The notes under the pieces: model-generated | The model's database searches: none | The model's input: the letters and a program-made list of their open reading frames with translations, nothing else | Told to the model about the DNA's origin: nothing | Part shown: in pieces, positions 26,480 through 41,214 of the stretch | Numbering within the stretch: the stretch's first letter is position 1 | Layout of the letters: the number at the start of each line of letters is the position of its first letter | Program-made: the position numbers and the translations under genes | NCBI RefSeq assembly: GCF_006345805.1 | Contig: NC_043013.1 | Coordinates: 43,648,001-43,712,000 of the forward strand | Origin: Octopus sinensis | Taxonomy: Eukaryota | Direction: 5' to 3' | DNA length: 64,000 bases

Positions 26480-26870
26480 TGGAGGCGCAATGGCCCAGTG
26501 GTTAGGACAGCGGACTCGCGGTCGGAGGATCGCGCTTTCGATTCCCAGACCAGGCGTTGTGTGTGTTTATTGAGCGAAAACACCTAAAGCTCCACGAGGC
26601 TCCAGCAGGGGGTGGTGGTGACCCCTGTTGTACTCTTTCGCCCCAACTTTCTCTCACTCTTTCTTCCTGTTTCTTGTCCCTGACTTCCTACGCAACAGCT
26701 GAGCCTGGATGCGCATTCATCCATCCGGCGATACTCTCGGTGTCGGGGGGTTGACCTGCTTTCTCTTCTGCAGGTCTTATGAATAGCAAAGGACTACGTT
26801 TCGGACTTCTCCCATCTTGCGAGCTCTGGGACAAAGACCGTTTGCTCAACAGCAACAGCAACAGCAGCAG
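26480..26870 (+). mobile_element. tRNA-derived SINE (head ggaggcgcaatggcccagtggttagg) with an atypical 3' part; copies with other 3' parts at 43680-43962 (-) and 61843-62140 (+)
   Basis: Box A/B, shared gagcgaaaacacctaaagctccac body. Confidence 0.8.
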
Positions 26871-27618
26871 CACTTTATGTCCACTTTCTGTGCTGACATG
26901 AGTTAGACTGTTACTTATGGTTTGAGTCACTGCCAATTAGAAGCTACATCTCCCCACAACAATTAGGTGCTTGTAAGTACCATTTGACTTGGTTTCTATG
27001 ACAGGATGCACTTCCTAACACAAACCACTTTACAGAGTTTACTAGGTGCATTTTCTTGTAGCCCCAACACTATATTAGTTAAATAGGCCTTAGTGTTACA
27101 GGACCAGAGGGGTTATAAAATTGATACACTGCTACACATTTTTTTGTGACCCCGGAACTTAACTCATACTTTATTTTAACATCCCTAGAAAGACAAAAGG
27201 CAAAGTTGATCTTAACAGAATTTGAACTCAGAACACATGGAACTGTAGGTATATACTACAAGGTGTCTCGTTTGATGCTCAAACAATTTTGCCAATCCAT
27301 CACAATTAAGATTTCATTATTGTCAATGGTGGCATTATCATCATCATCCACATTGCCACCATCAACATCATCATTGTCATCATCATCATCTTCATAATCA
27401 TCGTCATCACTATCACCATCATCACCATCACCATCACCATTCTCATCGTCGTCGTCGTCGTCATCACCACCACCAACAACAACAATAACATCATATTCAT
27501 CATCACCATCATCATTGTTTAATGTCTATTTTTCAATGTTGGCATGTATTGGATGTGTTTCACAATGTCTACTCACTCGCCACAGTCCTTCCCTGTCTCT
27601 CTCTCTCTCTCTCTCTAT

Positions 27619-27657
<39 letters not shown>

Positions 27658-28320
27658 CAACAGAGGAAAACTGCACAGCTTTATTGCTGTATCTGTTGAT
27701 ATTTTCTTGAAGCTTTCCATCATTTGATACTGCATCCATCACCAACCACTTTACAGCATGGATTGGTTTCAATAACATTAACATTATGCATGAACTACGT
27801 AGCAATTCCTTCGGGAATAGTTGATGAGATACGGAAAATGAAGTTAGAATATATTAATCAGAATATATTGGCTTGCTAGGATACATTGGCTCATTAGGAT
27901 ACCTAGGCTCATTTCTAATTATCATCATCGTTGTCATCATCATCATCATCATCATCATCATTATCATCGTCATCATCATCATCATGGTCATCATCAGCGT
28001 CGTCGTCGTCGTCGTCGTCATCATCATCATCATCATCACCACCACCACCACCACCATCATCACCATCATCATCATCGTCGTCACCATCATCATCGTCGTC
28101 ATTTATCGTCCATTTTCCATGCTGGCATAGGTTGGACGGTTTCACAGGAGCTGGCCATTCAGAGAGCCACCCAGTCCAGTCATCTGTTTTGGCATGGTTC
28201 CTATGGCAGGATGCCCTTCCTAATACCACCCACTGTACAGAGTGTACTGGGTGCTTTTTTTAACAGGGCATCAACACCACCAGTGCTGTTGTTATGTGAC
28301 ACCAGCACCGATACTTTTTA

Positions 28321-28440
28321 CATGGCACCAAAAGGAGTACTTTTTTTACATGGCACCAAAAGGAGTACTTTTTTTACATGGCACCAAAAGGAGTACTTTT
28401 TTTACATGGCACCAAAAGGAGTACTTTTTTTACATGGCAC
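28321..28440. repeat. Perfect 28-bp tandem repeat, 4 copies plus a partial
   Basis: catggcaccaaaaggagtacttttttta at 28321, 28349, 28377, 28405; lies inside a GGTGGCACGTAAAA-family element. Confidence 0.9.
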
Positions 28441-29594
28441 CAGCACCAGTGCTTTCAATGTGGTACCTGCACACGGCACTGGCATGAGTGTTTTCAATGT
28501 GGCACAAGCACAGATGCTTTTTATATGACACCAAAATGGGTGCTGGTACCATGTAAAAAGCACATGGGAACTCACAAGAGAAGGACCATAAAAGACATGC
28601 CTGTATGTATGGATGGCCACTATTTTACTTAGCTTGGTGTGTCTCCTCTAGCACAGCAAATCACCTGAAGTCTCAGTCCATTGTAATCTTCTCCGTGAGA
28701 CTCAATATCTAAAGATCCTTTCTCACCACTTTGTCCCACATCTTCCTGGATCTACCCTTTTCACAGCTTCCCACCACAGTGAGAGATTGGCACCTCTTCA
28801 CCAAATTAATTAGGTGGAAAAGGAAGGTGTCATCAACAATTAATAATATGTTGATTTTGCGATGTCACAGGTGCCAAGCTGTATCGGCCCCTTTGCCTTT
28901 CCTTTGGATAACACTGGTGGCATGGAGAGGGAAGGCCAGTATGCATGGGCGACTCTGGTCTTCCATAAACAACCTTGCCTGGACTTGTGCCTGAGAGGGT
29001 AACTTTCTAGGTGCAATCCCATGGTCTGTCATGACCGAAGTGGGTCTCAGATTTTAGTCTGCACAAAGTGGTGGGGGTTGGTTGCCGGTGGGCAGTACAG
29101 TATTTATAGTAAGATATGAACCGGGAACTATTTTTATATTTTTTATCTTTAACTTGTGTCAGTCATTGGACTGCGGTCATGCTGGGGCACTGCACAGAGG
29201 GGTTTCCTTTTTTTTTTTTTTTAAGCCTGGGACTTATTCTATTGGTTTCTTTTGCTGAACCTCTAAGTTATGGGAACATAAACAAACTAACACTCATTGT
29301 CAAGTGATGGTGAGGGACAAACATAACACAAGCACAAAGACATGTCATTTAGATGCATACACACACGCACACACACACACATATGACAAGCTTCTTTCAG
29401 TTTCCATCTACCAAATCCACTCGCAAGACTTTGGCCTGGAATCAGGGCTATAGTAGAAGACACTTGCCCAAGGTGCCACATCGTCAGCTAGAACCCAAGA
29501 CCACATGACTAGAAAGCATATTTCTCAACCACATAACAACACCTTAAGTCAATCATTTACTCTTCTATCTCTCAAATGCAACATCATACACACA

Positions 29595-29625
<31 letters not shown>

Positions 29626-29827
29626 CAGAGGCATGCACACATGCACTCACATATATACACACATTCATGCTTGCACCTATGAACTCTTACTCACTCACAC
29701 TCTTAACCACACACACATATATATATTTCTGTTTATCTTGTGAAAATTCTGTGTAAATTATTCTAAATTATTTAGCTATGAAGAAGTTCCAGTGTCTGAA
29801 ATATGATTCCATGGTACCATGGGAGTG

Positions 29828-29893
<66 letters not shown>

Positions 29894-29904
29894 TTTATTT
29901 TAAT

Positions 29905-30345
29905 TTTATTTTATCTAGTTTCAGCTCACGAGCTGTGGCCATGTTGGGGCACCGCCATTTGGTGTTGCTTCATGATTTTACTTCACGAATGCTTTTTAGC
30001 AACTGCCATTTGGTGCATGAGAGAGTTCGATGCAGCTGCCCTCATCTGCACCTCCTGCCGTGAAGCTGGTTCATCCAGGACACCTGACAGGAAGAGATCC
30101 AGTCCTACTTTAAAGACATCCGCATCCACCCCATGCAGGTCCCTAAGGTTCTTCGGGAGGATATTGAAGAGCTATGGGCCGCTGAAGCCCAGGCTATCAC
30201 AGTAACTTGTCCTACATCTTGATGGCAAATTTGGAGTCCTTGGCACCACGCAGTGGTGCCCAGTTCTGGCATTTGTGTAACTCTCGATGCCAAAGTTTGG
30301 GACAAGTCCTTCCAGGATCTTCCAGATGTATATTATGGCATATCT
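29905..30345 (-). mobile_element. CR1-type LINE 3' end (third family)
   Basis: Translates to LPKNLRDLHGVDADVFKVGLDLFLSGVLDEP...RAAASNSLMHQ, a typical CR1 ORF2 C-terminus. Confidence 0.8.
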
Positions 30346-30351
30346 TTCTCG

Positions 30352-30357
30352 CTTATG

Positions 30358-30388
<31 letters not shown>

Positions 30389-30553
30389 GTGTGTATATAT
30401 TATATGTATATATATATATATATGTGTGTATATATATATATGTATATATATATATGTATATAGTATATATATATATGTATGTATATATATATATATGTAA
30501 TATATATATATATATATATATATATGTTATATATATATATGTATATATATATA

Positions 30554-30585
<32 letters not shown>

Positions 30586-30730
30586 GTATATATTATATAT
30601 ATGTATATATAATATATATGTATATAATATATGTATATATATATATATAGTATATATATATATTATGTATATATATATATATGTATATATATATATGTAT
30701 ATATATATTATGTATATATATATATATGTG

Positions 30731-30772
<42 letters not shown>
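30352..30772. repeat. Imperfect (TA)n microsatellite
   Basis: Direct reading; source of Ile/Tyr-rich spurious ORFs. Confidence 0.95.
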
Positions 30773-30775
<3 letters not shown>

Positions 30776-31390
30776 CAGGATGCTCAAAAGTTCCTAGCTT
30801 TGGATAAAAGAAAATACAGGAGGATCAGTAAATTATGATTTTATTCAACATCCACCACCACCCCACCCCCGAGATTCCCACACTTCTTACAGTGGTCCTT
30901 CAATTTTTCTAAGCCCTGTGAAAGAACTCGGAAGGTTGGGCCTCTGACCAAGCTGTTCATGAAACTCTTAAAGCCAGAAACCTTTTTTTTAGCACCACCT
31001 CGTATATGCACATACACATATCTAGAGTATTTGTGCATACATGTATGTATACACAGAGATGTAGTCACATGCATACACACATATAAACAGACAAAAACAC
31101 ACAGTTATTAATATCATCCTAATCACCATTATAACCACCACCACTAACACAGTCATCATCATCACCATCATCATCTCTTTTACTACTGCCATATTGCAAT
31201 GTGCAATTATATGCATAGATGTGCGGGTGGCACGGAAAAAGCACCCACTACACTCGCGGAGTGGTTGGCGTTAGGAAGGGCATCCAGCCGTAGAAACACT
31301 GCCAGATCAGACTGGGCCTGATGCAGCCTCCTGGCTTCACATACCCCAGTTGAACTGTCCAACCCATGCTAGCATGGAAAACGGACGCTA

Positions 31391-31446
<56 letters not shown>

Positions 31447-32519
31447 ATGTGTGTACCCGCTTGTTGTTCATACACCTGTCTTCATCTTGTTTTTCTGTAA
31501 ATTTCAACTATATATATATGCATATAATGCATACATGCATATACATATTATTCATACACACACATGCATCCACACACACAGACATATACATACAAACATA
31601 AATACGTATATATAGAGAGAGAGGGAGACAGACACACAGGCAGAGACAGAGATAGATAGATAGACAGATAGATAGATACATACATACATACATACTACAT
31701 ACATACATACATACATACATACATAGACAGGAAAAGCAACGAAACAAAATCAGCTCTTTTTGTTCTTTTAATTTCTTTTGACTGTTCTTGGGTATTCCAT
31801 TACCATGCTGACACAGACTGCCAGGAATACCACTGGATTTCTACACATGTGTGTGTGTGTGTGTGTGTGTGTGCATGCATGTGTGCATGTGTGTGTGTGT
31901 GTAAATACATATGAGAACAACATGTTCTTGGATGTGCACGAAATAGTATCAACATCATTATCATCTTGGTCATCACTTAATATCATCCTCATCATCATCA
32001 TCATCTTCATGTTTGTCATCACTCAACATCCATCTTCCATGCTAGCATGGGGTGAATTTTTCAACAGGACCCATTGAGCCACAGGACAACATTGAGTTTC
32101 AATGTCTGTCTTTGGCTGGATGCTCCTCTGACCACTAACCACTTTGGCAGAGTGTGAATATGAATGGAATAAAACAAGTTTTGCATAAATCAGACCATGG
32201 AATCCTGAGAAACATGGTTTTTTGGGGTACCTTGAAATTATTGGTGACCCGACATGTCACAAGTAGTCTAGTTATATATGAATATAATTATCTACAAAAG
32301 ATAAGATATAGGATTGTAAAATAAAGTTCTAGATCAGTGCTTCCCAAAATAGGTGGTGCTTTCCCCTTGGCAGGGGTGGAAAGAACTAGGAGGGCACTGA
32401 AGAAAAGTGGGGCAATAATGAGGTGGCCAAAATCGAAACCACAATCTTACACTCATGAGTGAGTGCAACACCCTAACCACTTAGCCATGCTTCTCTAGCG
32501 ATCCACCTCAGGGTTTCAG

Positions 32520-33480
32520 GAAAATCTATTCCCCATATCTTCTTAGTGCATTTTGCTCCTGTGCATCTACCATATATGAAGTCTACTTCTCTGTTAACCT
32601 TCCAGTGATTCTGCTGCAGAGGTTGTCATTTCATAGTATAGTTTGCAATGGGGACACCATATGAAATTTCAACCTACACCTTTTCTACATATCAAGCAAT
32701 CGCATTTTTATGAAGGGAGTAGGGTCACATGTGTTTGCCTGCTCACTGGAACTTTGGTCTTTGCCAAGTTAAGCTCCTTTGATTCCAGGTTTTCCTTCTA
32801 TACCTGGAATTTCTATTTCTATTTCTTTACTACCCACAAGGGGCTAAACACAGAGGGGACAAACAAGGACAGACAAATGGATTAAGTCGTTATATCGATC
32901 CCAGTGCATAACTGGTACTTATTTAATCGACCCCGAAAGGATGGAAGGCAAAGTCAACCTTGGTGGAATTTGAACTCAGAACGTAACAGCAGACGAAATA
33001 CCGCTAAGCATTTCGCCCGGTGTGCTAACGATTCTGCCAGCTCGCCGCCTTAAACGATTCTGCCAGCTTGCTTCTCTAATTCTACTACAGATTCAGTTAT
33101 ATGAATGGTGTCATCAGCATAAAAGAATCCCTACTAGCATTCATGTCTAAGCTCTTCCTTTATGGCCCTAGTGAAGTTTTACCTGCAGACTAAATTCACA
33201 GTTGTACTCGCTGCCAACACTTACCTTACTGATAACACACCTGTACATGACGTAAACAGCTTTCAGATTCCAATTGTCTCCTGGCATTCACAGGAACCAC
33301 TAGATCAGAAAATGAAGGCCCTGTCAAAGCTTTCTCCTGGTCGGCAAATTCCAAGTCAAGCAGTTTACTTTTGACTAAATACTTCTCTTGAAAATTGCCT
33401 TAATAAAAAAAGAGAGCATCAACAGTATTCTTCCCTGGCATGAAACCAAACTGAATTTTATCTTGATTTAAATTCAGACA
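32520..33480 (-). mobile_element. Degenerate RTE-clade LINE reverse transcriptase, interrupted by a SINE
   Basis: QFGFMPGKNTVDALFF, QEKYL, EKAFDR-like and FYADD motifs occur in the correct order, with stops and frameshifts. Confidence 0.8.
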
Positions 33481-33489
33481 AGTTCGGTA

Positions 33490-33511
33490 AACATGCGTAC
33501 ATAAATGCATA

Positions 33512-33543
<32 letters not shown>

Positions 33544-33980
33544 TACATGCATACATTCATGCATACATGCATACATGCATGCATACATACATGCATGCAT
33601 ACATCATGCATACATATATGCATACATACATGCATGCATACATACATACATGCATGCATGCATACATACATGCATGCATGCATACATACATACATACATA
33701 CATACATGCATACATACATACATACATGCATACATACATACATACATGCATACATGCATACATACATGCATACATACATACATACATTCATGCATACATA
33801 TATGCATACATACATACATTCATGCATACATGCATACATACATGCATATATTCATGCATACATGCATACATGCATGCATACATTCATGCATGCATGCATA
33901 CATACATACATACATGCATACATTCATGCATATATACATACATGCATGCATACATACATACATACATACATACATACATC
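33490..33980. repeat. (CATA/CATG)n compound satellite
   Basis: Direct reading. Confidence 0.95.
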
Positions 33981-35289
33981 ACCAGTACCACTATCACTAC
34001 CACCACCACCACCACCACTACCATCATCATTTAACATTCATGTTCCATGCTGGCATGACTTGGATGGTTTTTTACAAGATCCATGGGTCCAAGGACTGCA
34101 TCATCAGGCTCCAATGTCGGCTTTGGCATGGTTTCTATGGGTGGCTGCCTTTTCCAGTGCCAACCACTTCACAGAATGTACTGTGTGTGTGGTTTTTTTT
34201 TTTTTTTTTTCTTTTCATGACACCACCACTAGGGAAGCCATGCAGCTGGCAAGACTATGGTACAAACCCCAAAGGAACAGCTTTACACTGGGAAATGAGT
34301 GGCTGAAGTAGGAAAGAAGGGACCAGAGCAGAATAGACAAATACACACACACACACACGCGCGCACACGCACACACACACGCATACATACTGACATGTCT
34401 TGTTTTCTTTCCTTCATTAGTAAACTGATATGCTAACTCATCTTCTGCTATTCTGAGCAAGTTTACAAGAATTTGACCAATATAAAGAAGCATCTAACTA
34501 CTTGCAGGTTTTTTCCCATGAGAGAGACAAGGCCAAAATAAATTTACAGAACAGAAATCTTTTAATCATCACAACATCAAATATTTTATACACAGAGAGA
34601 GAGAGAGAGAGAGAGCGAGAAAGAGACAGAGAGAGAGCGAGAAAGAGACAGAGAGAGAGCGAGAAAGAGACAGAGAGAGAGCGAGAAAGAGACAGAGAGA
34701 GAGAGAGAAAGAGACAGAGAGAGAGCGAGAAAGAGACAGAGAGAGAGCTATTGGTTATTTGATAACAGCTGCTTTTGCTGCTGCTGCTGCCACTGCAGTT
34801 ATTTAACCTTGGATGAGCTGATCTGTGTTTATAGATGTTCCAAACATGACCATTCCATTTTATTGTAGGAGTGGCTGTGTGGTAAGTAGCTTGATTACGA
34901 ACCATATGGTTCCGGGTTCAGTCCCACTGCATGGCACCGTGGGCAAGTGTCTTCTACTATAGCCTCGGGCCGACCAAAGCCTTGTGAGTGGATGTGGTAG
35001 ATGGAAACTGAAAGAAGCCCGTCGTATATGTGTGTGTGTCAAGGAAGTTATGGGGGCTATTTCTTGCTGATCAAGCAGCCATGTTGTGACAGGCTCTTCA
35101 GCGAACAGACTCCTGTGTTGATGTATAAGGTGCATTCCAGATGTTTTGAGAGATTTTTTAAGAGAGGCAGTTATAACCGTCCTAGATAATTGTAATTTAA
35201 GTATCTCATTACAATACATTTAAGAAACTGATCTGTCAACTTTTGTTATTCCAGACTGAAGGAGCCGACTAACAACACTTTCAACACAC

Positions 35290-35705
35290 TCTGATAAGCA
35301 CTACTCGTCACAGCTGACTAGTTTAAGAATGCAGTGAAGACATTTGGTCACTCATTATGAAATAAACTTTTCTGTTAAACTGGGTAAAAATTCTACATAA
35401 ATTTATAAAATGCCCCAGACTGTTTATGGATGACCTACTTGCTTGTACATGAGGTTCAGGGATGGCTGAGAGGAGATGAGAGATGATGAAAGGTGTAGAA
35501 GGGAGAAAGATGTCAGAGCTGGTTGAGAAAATTCTCAATTTTCTGGATGAAAATTGTTGCTGTTCTATAAATTTAATAAACAGAGTTGGTTTGACAATTG
35601 TGTAGAGTTGGTCTGAAATTGGACTGGAGTTGGTGTGACAACTGCACACAGAATTGTTCATGAAGATCTGAACATGCACAAAATTTGTGCAAAGTTTGTC
35701 CCTAG
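35290..35705 (+). mobile_element. Mariner transposase fossil
   Basis: GVTTAHRIVHEDLNMHKICAKFVP matches the mariner HTH-to-WVPHEL linker; truncated by a SINE at 35714. Confidence 0.75.
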
Positions 35706-35870
35706 TATAGATGTAGGAGTGGCTGTGTGGTAAGTAGCTTGATTACAAACCACATGGTTCCGGGTTCAGTCCCACTGCGTGGCACCTTGGGCAAGTGTCT
35801 TCTACTATAGCCTCGGGCTGACCAAAGCCTTGTGAGTGGATGTGGTAGACGGAAACTGAAAGAAGCTTGT

Positions 35871-35919
<49 letters not shown>

Positions 35920-35922
35920 CAC

Positions 35923-35965
<43 letters not shown>

Positions 35966-36859
35966 AAAAGTACATTGAAAACTTAAGGTCCTATTAGGGT
36001 TTGTACTTTTTTGAAATTAATAAATGTTTCTCCTGAAACTTCTGGAATGCATCTTGTATTTGGTGATATTTGCTGTTACCCTTTCTTTCTCAACACATTT
36101 AACACATGTCAACTCCTAAGTTTATATTGGCCAGATGTTTATATTATCATTCGTACATTCAGATATTGAAGTAAGAAAAAAAATGTAAGTCAATGGACCT
36201 TCCATCAGCTTCAATGCTTTCATGATGAGTATTACAGTTATTTGATCATTTTAACTATTTGTTCATTGACTTACAAACTAATTGGCCGAATATTCCACAG
36301 ACACATGTACTCTTAACTTAATTCTCAGACGGAATCAGCCTGACAGACTGTGTGACTAAATTAGCCCGTTGCATTAAAAGTACAATGTTTTCTCCACACA
36401 AATTCTCTCGGTCTAGTCTCACTTGAAAGGTTTGAGGTACAAGATATTCCACAGTGGAATTGAACCCAAGACCTCATGGTTGACAAGCGAACTTGTTAAC
36501 TATGAGGCCAAACCTACATTCATGCATTTGCAAATATATGTACATGTGCACATATGTGTGTGTGTATGTGTATGTGTGTGCATGTTTGTGAATGTGTGTG
36601 TGTGTGTGTGTGTGTGCATATTTGTGTGTGTGGTGTCCCCTAGCAGGCAGTTAATACAAAGGAAATAATCATTTCTACATAATTGGTCAGATTTTATATT
36701 TGAATTTGAAGTTTAGGAATAAAGGAAAAGACACATAGAACACACATGCCTAATTTTGTTTGTTAATTATTATGAAGCTTATAGTCGGTGATAATTATGT
36801 ACAGCATTTGATTCTTTTTAGAAATGGACCAGATACCGAAAGCACTTTTGCAGAAGGAC

Positions 36860-37190
36860 AAGAAGCTGAAGCCAAGAAGCCAAATGGACACAGTGCTGAA
36901 TGGACATAAAGCCAAATGGACACAATGCCAAATGGACATAAAGCCAAATGAACACAATGCCGAATGGACATAAAGCCAAATGGACACAATGCTGAATGAA
37001 CATAAAGCCAAATGGACACAATGCCAAATGGACATAAAGCCAACCAAACACAGGACACAATGCTGAATGGACATAAAGCCAAATGGACACAATGCCAAAT
37101 GGACATAAAGCCAATCAGACACAATGTCGAACAGTCATAAAGCCAAATGAACACAATGCTTAATGGACATAAAACCAAATGGACACAATA
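36860..37190. repeat. Minisatellite with ~20/41-bp units (aatggacacaatgccaaatggacataaagcca)
   Basis: Direct reading of the degenerate tandem units. Confidence 0.9.
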
Positions 37191-37509
37191 ATAAAAAAAA
37201 TAAAAACATTCCTACCTACATAGTTTAATGACCAATTCACCAATTTGGCACTTAAGATTTAATGAGATTAAATAAGCTTAGCAGTGGCTGTGTGGCAAGT
37301 AGCTTGCTTACGAACAACATGGTTCTGGGTTCAGTCCCAATGCGTGGCACCTTGGGCAAGTGTCTTCTACTATATGTGTGGTGGTGGAGTAGGTGTGGGT
37401 TGGTGGTAATGGGGGTTTGCTTTTTCTGCAAACAATATTTTTTTCATTATTCGGTGTCTTTTGTTTCTCTCTTTCATTGTTTTGTTCACAAATCCCTGGT
37501 GTGTTTTGA

Positions 37510-38550
37510 TTATATGTATGCATATATATATATATACATACATATATATATAATATATACACACACAATACATACATACATACACACACATACATACAAT
37601 ATATATATACACACACATATATATACACACACACATCATACATACATACATATATATACACACACAACATACATACATACATATATAATACACACACACA
37701 TACATACATACATATATATATATATACACACACACATACATACATACATACATATATATATACACACACACATACATACATACATATATATATACACACA
37801 CACACACATACATACATACTATATATATACACACACACATACATACATACATATATATATACACACACACATACATACATACATATATATATACACACAC
37901 ACATACATACATATATATATACACACACACATACATACATACATACATATATATACACACACACATACATACATACATATATATATACACACACACATAC
38001 ATACATACATATATATATACACACACACATACATACATACATATATATATACACACACACATACATACATACATATATATATACACACACACATACATAC
38101 ATACATATATATACACACACACATACATACATACATATATATATACACACACACATACATACATACATATATATATACACACACACATACATACATACAT
38201 ATATATATACACACACACATACATACATACATATATATATACACACACACATACATACATATATATATACACACACACATACATACATACATATATATAT
38301 ATATACACACACACATACATACATACATATATATATACACACACACATACATACATACATATATATACACCACACACATACATACATACATATATATATA
38401 CACACACCATACATACATACATATATATATACACACACACATACATACATATATATATATATACACAACACATACATACATACACACACATATATATATA
38501 TATAATATATATATATATAATATATATATATATATATTATATACATATAT
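37510..38550. repeat. ~1-kb compound TA/CA/TACA satellite
   Basis: Direct reading; explains the 438/412/373-aa ORFs. Confidence 0.95.
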
Positions 38551-39564
38551 AGCCTGGTGCAGCCATCTGGTTCACTAGTCCTCAGTCAAATCGTCCAACC
38601 CATGCTAGCATGGAAAGCAGACATTAATCAAAGATGATGATGATATATATATAGATAGCATGGCCACAGCTCTGAGCTGAAACAAAAAAAATATATATAC
38701 ATATAATACACACACACAAACAGAAATGTATATTAAGGATAATGTATCAGGCAATATTTGATCGTCTTTCCATCCCCACAAATTAAGTGGTTCTTTGCCA
38801 AATTCATGACTCATAATATACATGTGTCTAAAGTTAATTTTAAATTCTTGAGCCTATAGCCATAAGGTTAGAAAGCTTATCCCAGTGTCTGTGGCATTTA
38901 AGTGACAAGGAAACCAAAACTCCCTCCAGAACTGCACAGCAGTCCATCAAAGGGTTAACTCCCCCACCAGTCCCAACCTCCAGATGTTGTTGGTTTTCTT
39001 TTCTATCTGAGTGGAATGAATCAACAGCTGAATGAAGAGCCTTGCTCAAGGACAGGATGTTCCACCCAGTCTGAGAATTCAGCCAAGCAATTTTGAGCTG
39101 AATGGCCAAACCACAATATCACTGCATACACACACACGCATGCATGCATACACACACACACACACACACACAAACATACACACACACAATGCATACACAT
39201 TACCCACATATATTAAATATGAAATATGATAGTATATATGTATTTGTGTGTATATATATATATATATGTATGTGTATATATATATATATATATCAGTAGC
39301 AGCATCTTTAGCACCATTATCATCATCATATAATGCCTCTCTTCCATCTAGCTTGGCTATGGCTATGTGCTAAGATGTTTGCTTCCCAAACACATAGTTC
39401 TGGGTTCAGTCCCACTACATGGCACCTCAGACAAGTGTCTTCTACTATAGCCTTGATCTTGCCAGAGCCTTGGGAGTGGATTTGGTAGATGGAAACTGAA
39501 AGAAGCTCATCATATATCGATATATATATATCATCATCATCATATGTGTATGTATATATATATA

Positions 39565-39716
39565 GAAACAAAACTGTCCAATGAACGGGAACAAGAAACT
39601 GAGTAAAAGTTTTTGTGATATTTCTGCTGCTTTTAATAAAGCATATTACTCTACCTCTGCTATTTGCATACTCTTATTTCTACCTTGTTTCACATTTATG
39701 TGATTACTCCCAGTAT
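39565..39716 (+). mobile_element. Penelope-type terminal fragment with a degenerate hammerhead motif (39574-39609)
   Basis: ctgt-CCAATGA-acgggaacaa-GAAA-ctgagt-a; tail is homologous to 41682-41806 and ends at (TA)n. Confidence 0.6.
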
Positions 39717-39729
39717 ATATATATATATA

Positions 39730-40520
39730 TACAGGTTGCGATGGGTAAATCTTTTAATTTCATGCCTGTGCATCATTATTTTGATTTTGTCGACTACACA
39801 GTATAGTAGGGTCAGTTGGGCTTTGTCTGTAAGAAGAACAGCACCATGACACAAGTCACTCTGCCAGAAATTTAGAAATGACATGCTGTACTGCTTGGCT
39901 TTCCTGCTAGAAACTCCAATACGAGCATTTCGGAGTGTTTGGGTGTCAATCTGAGGAAAGTGCATTCTGAGGACATGTACCAAGTGTGATAAGAATCAAA
40001 CATCCAGTCAACGTCATGGTGTTTGGAGTAATCACTAGTGATGGTAACATTATGCTTCCATTCATCTTCCCACATGGCCTCAGACGCAACATGGAGGCCT
40101 ACATCAAGTGCCTTGCGGAGGTAGTGCTGCCCTGGGTCAAGAGGGTGGCTGCTGGAAGACCCTGTGTCTGGCAACAGAACTCTGCACCATGCCACACAAG
40201 TAAGAGAACCTGGTCATGGCTGTCAGACAATTTCTGTGACCACATTACTCCTAATATCAGGCCACCTAACTCTCCAGACTGCAACCCCTTTGATTATTAT
40301 GTGTGGGGCACAGTTGAGTGAGTGACCGACAAAAATCCTTTAACACCAAAGATGCACTGAAGGCAACAATTATGGCAGCATTCACCAACTTAGACAAGGA
40401 GATCGTCCAGAAGTGTTGCAGGAGACTCTGAAGTCGTCTGGAGGCCGTGGCTGAAACCAATGGTGATTATTTTGAATAAATTTACTCATTATAATTTCAA
40501 GATATTTTCATGTAATTTTG
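39730..40520 (+). mobile_element. Tc1-like transposase fossil
   Basis: VMVFGVITSDG, VWQQNSAPCHTS (DDE second-Asp region, D to N) and PPNSPDCNPFDYYVWG (SPDLNPIE motif). Confidence 0.88.
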
Positions 40521-40988
40521 GTAAATATATCTGTTAAAATGAGATGTCAGTGTTATTATGTGTTTATATATGTATATATGTGTTTATACACATGCATACA
40601 CACACACATACGTGCATATTATATTTTTTTAAAAACCTTTCTCCTTTCTGTACACATATTCTTCCCCACCCAAAACCTAAACAGTTATCTCCCTTACAGA
40701 CAACAATAACAATAATAACAACCAATTACCTCCCTTTACTTGTCAACTTGTATAATCATTCACTCGTGAATCTCATTATAAACAACATGGACCCATTTTC
40801 TTCTTAAGAAAAAATATATTTTCATATAAATTAAACATTGTATCATGAATAGCGATTGCGAAACCGGTCGATACATTAAAAATTATACTATAACCATGTA
40901 AGTGTGCGTATTTTCCTTTTTTATTTTTCTTATATACATTACAATCCACCACGTGGGGACAACTGAAATTCCTCTTTTCTGTTACTAC

Positions 40989-41026
<38 letters not shown>

Positions 41027-41027
41027 T

Positions 41028-41060
<33 letters not shown>

Positions 41061-41214
41061 CATAAGCACAAATCAAGGTTAACAAACCTCATTCAGGGAT
41101 AGCAAAATCCTATGTAAGTACTGGTTAGTTATCTATACAAGGAATATTGAACATTACATTTAATAATCACCTGCAAGATAATTATATAAACCATGGTTTA
41201 TATATATATCTATT

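Noticed and set aside
26785-26830. Hammerhead-like gtccGAAAcgtA on the minus strand
   Set aside because: Upstream core reads CGCAAGA (two mismatches to CUGANGA) and stem I cannot pair
27620-27830. Open frames on the minus strand as a possible exon of the unidentified gene
   Set aside because: No unambiguous acceptor/donor pair with compatible phase
28321-28440. Regular 28-bp repeats (also 36860-37190) that superficially resemble a CRISPR array
   Set aside because: Directly tandem with no unique spacers, in eukaryotic DNA with no cas genes
37262-38578. Longest ORFs in the track (438, 412, 373 aa); likewise the His/Thr/Tyr/Val/Cys-rich ORFs at 14191, 25635, 30253, 33505 and 62282
   Set aside because: They are translations of TA/CA/TACA microsatellites that lack stop codons; no real protein features
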